DNA of 64,000 nucleotides, from the NCBI RefSeq assembly GCF_009914755.1, contig NC_060932.1. The stretch is one strand, 5' to 3'. The notes beneath the pieces were generated by a model. That model ran no database searches and was not told where the DNA came from. It saw only the letters and a list, made by a program, of their open reading frames with translations. The DNA is from the human T2T-CHM13v2.0 reference genome, Homo sapiens. How positions within the stretch are numbered: position 1 is the stretch's first letter; every line of letters begins with the position of its first letter. Of this stretch, positions 56,201 through 64,000 are shown piece by piece. Both the position numbers and the translations under genes were made by a program.

Positions 56201-59200
56201 GGTGAAAAAGGAAATATCTTCCCATAAAAACGACATAGAAGCTATCTCAGGAACTTGTTTATGATGCATCTAATCAACTAACAGTGTTGAACCTTTGTAC
56301 TGACAGAGCAGTTTGAAACACTCTTTTTTTGGAATCTGCAAGTGGATATTTGGATCGCTTTGAGGATTTCGTTGGAAACGGGATGCAATATAAAACGTAC
56401 ACAGCAGCATACTCAGAAAATACTTTGCCATATTTCCATTCAAGTCACAGAGTGGAACATTCCCATTCATAGAGCAGGTTTGAAACACTCTTTTTGGAGT
56501 ATCTGGAAGTGGACATTTGGAGCGCTTTCTGAACTATGGTGAAAAAGGAAATATCTTCCAATGAAAACAAGACAGAAGCATTCTGAGAAACTTATTTGTG
56601 ATGTGTGTCCTCAACAAACGGACTTGAACCTTTCGTTTCATGCAGTACTTCTGGAACACTCTTTTTGAAGATTCTGCATGCGGATATTTGGATAGCTTTG
56701 AGGATTTCGTTGGAAACGGGCTTACATGTAAAAATTAGACAGCAGCATTCTCAGAAACTTCTTTGTGGTGTCTGCATTCAAGTCACAGAATTGAACATCC
56801 CCTCACATAGAGCAGTTGTGCAGCACTCTATTTGTAGTATCTGGAAGTGGACATTTGGAGGGCTTTGTAGCCTATCTGGAAAAAGGAAATATCTTCCCAT
56901 GAATGCGAGATAGAAGTAATCTCAGAAACATGTTTATGCTGTATCTACTCAACTAACTGTGCTGAACATTTCTATTGATAGAGCAGTTTTGAGACACTCT
57001 TCTTTTGGAATCTGCAAGTGGATATTTGGATAGATTTGAGGATTTCGTTGGAAACGGGATTATATATCAAAAGTAGACAGCAGCATTCTCAGAAACTTCT
57101 TTGTGATGTTTGCATCCAGCTCTCAGAGTTGAACATTCCCTTTCATAGAGTAGGTTTGAAACCCTCTTTTTATAGTGTCTGGAAGCGGGCATTTGGAGCG
57201 CTTTCAGGCCTATGCTGAAAAAGGAAATATCTACCTATAGAAACTAGACAGAAGCATTCTGAGAATCACGTTTGTGATGTGGGTACTCAACTAACAGTGT
57301 TGATCCATTCTTTTGATACAGCAGTTTTGAACCACACTTTTTGTAGAATCTGCAAGTGGATATTTGGATAGCTGTGAGGATTTCGTTGGAAACGGGAATG
57401 TCTTCATAGAAAATTTAGACAGAAGCATTCTCAGAACCTTGATTGTGATGTGTGTTCTCCACTAACAGAGTTGAACCTTTCTTTTGACAGAACTGTTCTG
57501 AAACATTCTTTTTATAGAATCTGGAAGTGGATATTTGGAAAGCTTTGAGGATTTCGTTGGAAACGGGAATATCTTCAAATCAAATCTAGCCAGAAGCATT
57601 CTAAGAAACATCTTAGGGATGTTTACATTCAAGTCACAGAGTTGAACATTCCCTTTCACAGAGCAGGTTTGAAACAATCTTCTCGTACTATCTGGCAGTG
57701 GACATTTTGAGCTCCTTGGGGCCTATGCTGAAAAAGGAAATATCTTCCGACAAAAACTAGACAGAAGCATTCGCAGAATCACGTTTGTGATGTGTGCACT
57801 CAACTGTCAGAATTGAACCTTGGTTTGGACAGAGCACTTTTGAAACACTCTTTTTGTAGAATCTGCAGGTGGATATTTGGCTAGCTTTGAGGATTTCGTT
57901 GGAAACGGTAATGTCTTCAAAGAAAATCTAGACAGAAGCATTCTCAGAAACACCTTCGTGATGTTTGCAATCAAGTCACAGAGTTGAACCTTCCGTTTCA
58001 TAGAGCAGGTTGGAAACACTCTTTTTGTAGTATCTGGAAGTGGACATTTGGAGCGCTTTCAGGCCTATGGTGAAAAAGGAAATATCTTCCCATAAAAACG
58101 ACATAGAAGCTATCTCAGGAACTTGTTTATGATGCATCTAATCAACTAACAGTGTTGAACCTTTGTACTGACAGAGCAGTTTGAAACACTCTTTTTTTGG
58201 AATCTGCAAGTGGATATTTGGATCGCTTTGAGGATTTCGTTGGAAACGGGATGCAATATAAAACGTACACAGCAGCATACTCAGAAAATACTTTGCCATA
58301 TTTCCATTCAAGTCACAGAGTGGAACATTCCCATTCATAGAGCAGGTTTGAAACACTCTTTTTGGAGTATCTGGAAGTGGACATTTGGAGCGCTTTCTGA
58401 ACTATGGTGAAAAAGGAAATATCTTCCAATGAAAACAAGACAGAAGCATTCTGAGAAACTTATTTGTGATGTGTGTCCTCAACAAACGGACTTGAACCTT
58501 TCGTTTCATGCAGTACTTCTGGAACACTCTTTTTGAAGATTCTGCATGCGGATATTTGGATAGCTTTGAGGATTTCGTTGGAAACGGGCTTACATGTAAA
58601 AATTAGACAGCAGCATTCTCAGAAACTTCTTTGTGGTGTCTGCATTCAAGTCACAGAATTGAACATCCCCTCACATAGAGCAGTTGTGCAGCACTCTATT
58701 TGTAGTATCTGGAAGTGGACATTTGGAGGGCTTTGTAGCCTATCTGGAAAAAGGAAATATCTTCCCATGAATGCGAGATAGAAGTAATCTCAGAAACATG
58801 TTTATGCTGTATCTACTCAACTAACTGTGCTGAACATTTCTATTGATAGAGCAGTTTTGAGACACTCTTCTTTTGGAATCTGCAAGTGGATATTTGGATA
58901 GATTTGAGGATTTCGTTGGAAACGGGATTATATATAAAAAGTAGACAGCAGCATTCTCAGAAACTTCTTTGTGATGTTTGCATCCAGCTCTCAGAGTTGA
59001 ACATTCCCTTTCATAGAGTAGGTTTGAAACCCTCTTTTTATAGTGTCTGGAAGCGGGCATTTGGAGCGCTTTCAGGCCTATGCTGAAAAAGGAAATATCT
59101 ACCTATAGAAACTAGACAGAAGCATTCTGAGAATCACGTTTGTGATGTGGGTACTCAACTAACAGTGTTGATCCATTCTTTTGATACAGCAGTTTTGAAC

Positions 59201-62200
59201 CACACTTTTTGTAGAATCTGCAAGTGGATATTTGGATAGCTGTGAGGATTTCGTTGGAAACGGGAATGTCTTCATAGAAAATTTAGACAGAAGCATTCTC
59301 AGAACCTTGATTGTGATGTGTGTTCTCCACTAACAGAGTTGAACCTTTCTTTTGACAGAACTGTTCTGAAACATTCTTTTTATAGAATCTGGAAGTGGAT
59401 ATTTGGAAAGCTTTGAGGATTTCGTTGGAAACGGGAATATCTTCAAATGAAATCTAGCCAGAAGCATTCTAAGAAACATCTTAGGGATGTTTACATTCAA
59501 GTCACAGAGTTGAACATTCCCTTTCACAGAGCAGGTTTGAAACAATCTTCTCGTACTATCTGGCAGTGGACATTTTGAGCTCCTTGGGGCCTATGCTGAA
59601 AAAGGAAATATCTTCCGACAAAAACTAGACAGAAGCATTCGCAGAATCACGTTTGTGATGTGTGCACTCAACTGTCAGAATTGAACCTTGGTTTGGACAG
59701 AGCACTTTTGAAACACTCTTTTTGTAGAATCTGCAGGTGGATATTTGGCTAGCTTTGAGGATTTCGTTGGAAACGGTAATGTCTTCAAAGAAAATCTAGA
59801 CAGAAGCATTCTCAGAAACACCTTCGTGATGTTTGCAATCAAGTCACAGAGTTGAACCTTCCGTTTCATAGAGCAGGTTGGAAACACTCTTTTTGTAGTA
59901 TCTGGAAGTGGACATTGGGAGGGCTTTGTAGCCTATGTGGAAAAAGGAAATATCTTCCCATGAATGCGAGATAGAAGTAATCTCAGAAACATGTTTATGC
60001 TGTATCTACTCAACTAACTGTGCTGAACATTTCTATTGATAGAGCAGTTTTGAGACACTCTTCTTTTGGAATCTGCAAGTGGATATTTGGATAGATTTGA
60101 GGATTTCGTTGGAAACGGGATTATATATAAAAAGTAGACAGCAGCATTCTCAGAAACTTCTTTGTGATGTTTGCATCCAGCTCTCAGAGTTGAACATTCC
60201 CTTTCATAGAGTAGGTTTGAAACCCTCTTTTTATAGTGTCTGGAAGCGGGCATTTGGAGCGCTTTCAGGCCTATGCTGAAAAAGGAAATATCTACCTATA
60301 GAAACTAGACAGAAGCATTCTGAGAATCACGTTTGTGATGTGGGTACTCAACTAACAGTGTTGATCCATTCTTTTGATACAGCAGTTTTGAACCACACTT
60401 TTTGTAGAATCTGCAAGTGGATATTTGGATAGCTGTGAGGATTTCGTTGGAAACGGGAATGTCTTCATAGAAAATTTAGACAGAAGCATTCTCAGAACCT
60501 TGATTGTGATGTGTGTTCTCCACTAACAGAGTTGAACCTTTCTTTTGACAGAACTGTTCTGAAACATTCTTTTTATAGAATCTGGAAGTGGATATTTGGA
60601 AAGCTTTGAGGATTTCGTTGGAAACGGGAATATCTTCAAATAAAATCTAGCCAGAAGCATTCTAAGAAACATCTTAGGGATGTTTACATTCAAGTCACAG
60701 AGTTGAACATTCCCTTTCACAGAGCAGGTTTGAAACAATCTTCTCGTACTATCTGGCAGTGGACATTTTGAGCTCCTTGGGGCCTATGCTGAAAAAGGAA
60801 ATATCTTCCGACAAAAACTAGACAGAAGCATTCGCAGAATCACGTTTGTGATGTGTGCACTCAACTGTCAGAATTGAACCTTGGTTTGGACAGAGCACTT
60901 TTGAAACACTCTTTTTGTAGAATCTGCAGGTGGATATTTGGCTAGCTTTGAGGATTTCGTTGGAAACGGTAATGTCTTCAAAGAAAATCTAGACAGAAGC
61001 ATTCTCAGAAACACCTTCGTGATGTTTGCAATCAAGTCACAGAGTTGAACCTTCCGTTTCATAGAGCAGGTTGGAAACACTCTTTTTGTAGTATCTGGAA
61101 GTGGACATTTGGAGCGCTTTCAGGCCTATGGTGAAAAAGGAAATATCTTCCCATAAAAACGACATAGAAGCTATCTCAGGAACTTGTTTATGATGCATCT
61201 AATCAACTAACAGTGTTGAACCTTTGTACTGACAGAGCAGTTTGAAACACTCTTTTTTTGGAATCTGCAAGTGGATATTTGGATCGCTTTGAGGATTTCG
61301 TTGGAAACGGGATGCAATATAAAACGTACACAGCAGCATACTCAGAAAATACTTTGCCATATTTCCATTCAAGTCACAGAGTGGAACATTCCCATTCATA
61401 GAGCAGGTTTGAAACACTCTTTTTGGAGTATCTGGAAGTGGACATTTGGAGCGCTTTCTGAACTATGGTGAAAAAGGAAATATCTTCCAATGAAAACAAG
61501 ACAGAAGCATTCTGAGAAACTTATTTGTGATGTGTGTCCTCAACAAACGGACTTGAACCTTTCGTTTCATGCAGTACTTCTGGAACACTCTTTTTGAAGA
61601 TTCTGCATGCGGATATTTGGATAGCTTTGAGGATTTCGTTGGAAACGGGCTTACATGTAAAAATTAGACAGCAGCATTCTCAGAAACTTCTTTGTGGTGT
61701 CTGCATTCAAGTCACAGAATTGAACATCCCCTCACATAGAGCAGTTGTGCAGCACTCTATTTGTAGTATCTGGAAGTGGACATTTGGAGGGCTTTGTAGC
61801 CTATCTGGAAAAAGGAAATATCTTCCCATGAATGCGAGATAGAAGTAATCTCAGAAACATGTTTATGCTGTATCTACTCAACTAACTGTGCTGAACATTT
61901 CTATTGATAGAGCAGTTTTGAGACACTCTTCTTTTGGAATCTGCAAGTGGATATTTGGATAGATTTGAGGATTTCGTTGGAAACGGGATTATATATAAAA
62001 AGTAGACAGCAGCATTCTCAGAAACTTCTTTGTGATGTTTGCATCCAGCTCTCAGAGTTGAACATTCCCTTTCATAGAGTAGGTTTGAAACCCTCTTTTT
62101 ATAGTGTCTGGAAGCGGGCATTTGGAGCGCTTTCAGGCCTATGCTGAAAAAGGAAATATCTACCTATAGAAACTAGACAGAAGCATTCTGAGAATCACGT

Positions 62201-63330
62201 TTGTGATGTGGGTACTCAACTAACAGTGTTGATCCATTCTTTTGATACAGCAGTTTTGAACCACACTTTTTGTAGAATCTGCAAGTGGATATTTGGATAG
62301 CTGTGAGGATTTCGTTGGAAACGGGAATGTCTTCATAGAAAATTTAGACAGAAGCATTCTCAGAACCTTGATTGTGATGTGTGTTCTCCACTAACAGAGT
62401 TGAACCTTTCTTTTGACAGAACTGTTCTGAAACATTCTTTTTATAGAATCTGGAAGTGGATATTTGGAAAGCTTTGAGGATTTCGTTGGAAACGGGAATA
62501 TCTTCAAATCAAATCTAGCCAGAAGCATTCTAAGAAACATCTTAGGGATGTTTACATTCAAGTCACAGAGTTGAACATTCCCTTTCACAGAGCAGGTTTG
62601 AAACAATCTTCTCGTACTATCTGGCAGTGGACATTTTGAGCTCCTTGGGGCCTATGCTGAAAAAGGAAATATCTTCCGACAAAAACTAGACAGAAGCATT
62701 CGCAGAATCACGTTTGTGATGTGTGCACTCAACTGTCAGAATTGAACCTTGGTTTGGACAGAGCACTTTTGAAACACTCTTTTTGTAGAATCTGCAGGTG
62801 GATATTTGGCTAGCTTTGAGGATTTCGTTGGAAACGGTAATGTCTTCAAAGAAAATCTAGACAGAAGCATTCTCAGAAACACCTTCGTGATGTTTGCAAT
62901 CAAGTCACAGAGTTGAACCTTCCGTTTCATAGAGCAGGTTGGAAACACTCTTTTTGTAGTATCTGGAAGTGGACATTGGGAGGGCTTTGTAGCCTATGTG
63001 GAAAAAGGAAATATCTTCCCATGAATGCGAGATAGAAGTAATCTCAGAAACATGTTTATGCTGTATCTACTCAACTAACTGTGCTGAACATTTCTATTGA
63101 TAGAGCAGTTTTGAGACACTCTTCTTTTGGAATCTGCAAGTGGATATTTGGATAGATTTGAGGATTTCGTTGGAAACGGGATTATATATCAAAAGTAGAC
63201 AGCAGCATTCTCAGAAACTTCTTTGTGATGTTTGCATCCAGCTCTCAGAGTTGAACATTCCCTTTCATAGAGTAGGTTTGAAACCCTCTTTTTATAGTGT
63301 CTGGAAGCGGGCATTTGGAGCGCTTTCAGG
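44290..63330 (+). repeat. Mixed 11-mer/7-mer domain: 11,7,11,11,7,11,7,11,11,7,11,7 (U37-U48)
   Basis: Unit starts at 44290, 46158, 47351, 49219, 51087, 52280, 54148, 55341, 57209, 59077, 60270 and 62138, derived from marker spacing of 1868/1193 bp. Confidence 0.95.
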
Positions 63331-64000
63331 CCTATGCTGAAAAAGGAAATATCTACCTATAGAAACTAGACAGAAGCATTCTGAGAATCACGTTTGTGAT
63401 GTGGGTACTCAACTAACAGTGTTGATCCATTCTTTTGATACAGCAGTTTTGAACCACACTTTTTGTAGAATCTGCAAGTGGATATTTGGATAGCTGTGAG
63501 GATTTCGTTGGAAACGGGAATGTCTTCATAGAAAATTTAGACAGAAGCATTCTCAGAACCTTGATTGTGATGTGTGTTCTCCACTAACAGAGTTGAACCT
63601 TTCTTTTGACAGAACTGTTCTGAAACATTCTTTTTATAGAATCTGGAAGTGGATATTTGGAAAGCTTTGAGGATTTCGTTGGAAACGGGAATATCTTCAA
63701 ATCAAATCTAGCCAGAAGCATTCTAAGAAACATCTTAGGGATGTTTACATTCAAGTCACAGAGTTGAACATTCCCTTTCACAGAGCAGGTTTGAAACAAT
63801 CTTCTCGTACTATCTGGCAGTGGACATTTTGAGCTCCTTGGGGCCTATGCTGAAAAAGGAAATATCTTCCGACAAAAACTAGACAGAAGCATTCGCAGAA
63901 TCACGTTTGTGATGTGTGCACTCAACTGTCAGAATTGAACCTTGGTTTGGACAGAGCACTTTTGAAACACTCTTTTTGTAGAATCTGCAGGTGGATATTT
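63331..64000 (+). repeat. Partial HOR unit truncated by the window end
   Basis: Same sequence as the start of the other units; ends before the 7-mer/11-mer branch point. Confidence 0.95.

Larger units (their letters stand above)
1..64000 (+). repeat. Centromeric alpha-satellite higher-order repeat array (dimeric A/B type, SF2-like); best guess human chr8 D8Z2 / S2C8H1L
   Basis: ~171-bp monomers with alphoid motifs (CATTCTCAGAAAC, GAGTTGAAC, TTTGAAACAC, TGGATATTTGG, TTCGTTGGAAACGGG) throughout. The ORF track recurs at exact 1193/1868/1022-bp spacings. The alpha-satellite call is certain; the chr8 assignment (about 0.75) rests on the recalled 1868-bp 11-mer size. Confidence 0.99.

Noticed and set aside
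44290-63330. Fibonacci-word-like ordering of long and short HORs (LSLLSLSLLSL...)
   Set aside because: The order departs from the Fibonacci word at the 12th unit and is explained more simply by block duplication.
254-63799. Recurring 66-102 aa ORFs on both strands
   Set aside because: These are chance open frames in alpha-satellite monomers. They overlap on both strands, recur with the HOR period, and show no recognisable domain or gene structure. The 79-aa ORF is lost in 14 units through one SNP.
1-64000. CRISPR-like regularly spaced conserved motif (GAGGATTTCGTTGGAAACGG)
   Set aside because: The intervening sequences are themselves repeated rather than unique spacers, there are no cas genes, and the motif is the CENP-B box.
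1-64000. Alternative assignment to the chr9 D9Z4 array, which I recall also has 7-mer and 11-mer forms
   Set aside because: The 1868-bp 11-mer length fits my recollection of D8Z2 better. Not formally excluded without alignment to reference HORs.
1-64000. L1/Alu insertion, inversion or non-satellite island
   Set aside because: Unit lengths sum exactly with no unexplained sequence, and orientation is constant throughout.

Overview
The whole 64 kb window is one uninterrupted, single-orientation array of primate (human-type) centromeric alpha-satellite. It has ~171-bp monomers with CENP-B-box (B-type) and pJalpha-like-box (A-type) monomers, organised into near-identical higher-order repeats (HORs). 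Taking CCTATGCTGAAAAAGGAAATATCTACC as the unit start, there are 48 complete units plus one partial: 34 x 7-mer (1193 bp), 10 x 11-mer (1868 bp) and 4 x 6-mer (1022 bp), which sum exactly to 63,330 bp. A 1868-bp dimeric-type 11-mer with a 7-mer derivative best matches, from memory, the chromosome 8 active array D8Z2 (S2C8H1L); this is not verified by alignment. I see no genes, RNA genes, transposons or CRISPR arrays, and all listed ORFs are chance translations of the satellite. I found no novel coding system. The points of interest are structural: microhomology-defined HOR deletions, a 6-mer variant, nested multi-HOR duplications (2386, 4601, 7990 and ~15.5 kb periods), a hybrid-monomer conversion patch, damaged CENP-B boxes, and an apparent excess of C>G transversions among variants. 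Variant tallies were made by eye and may be incomplete.
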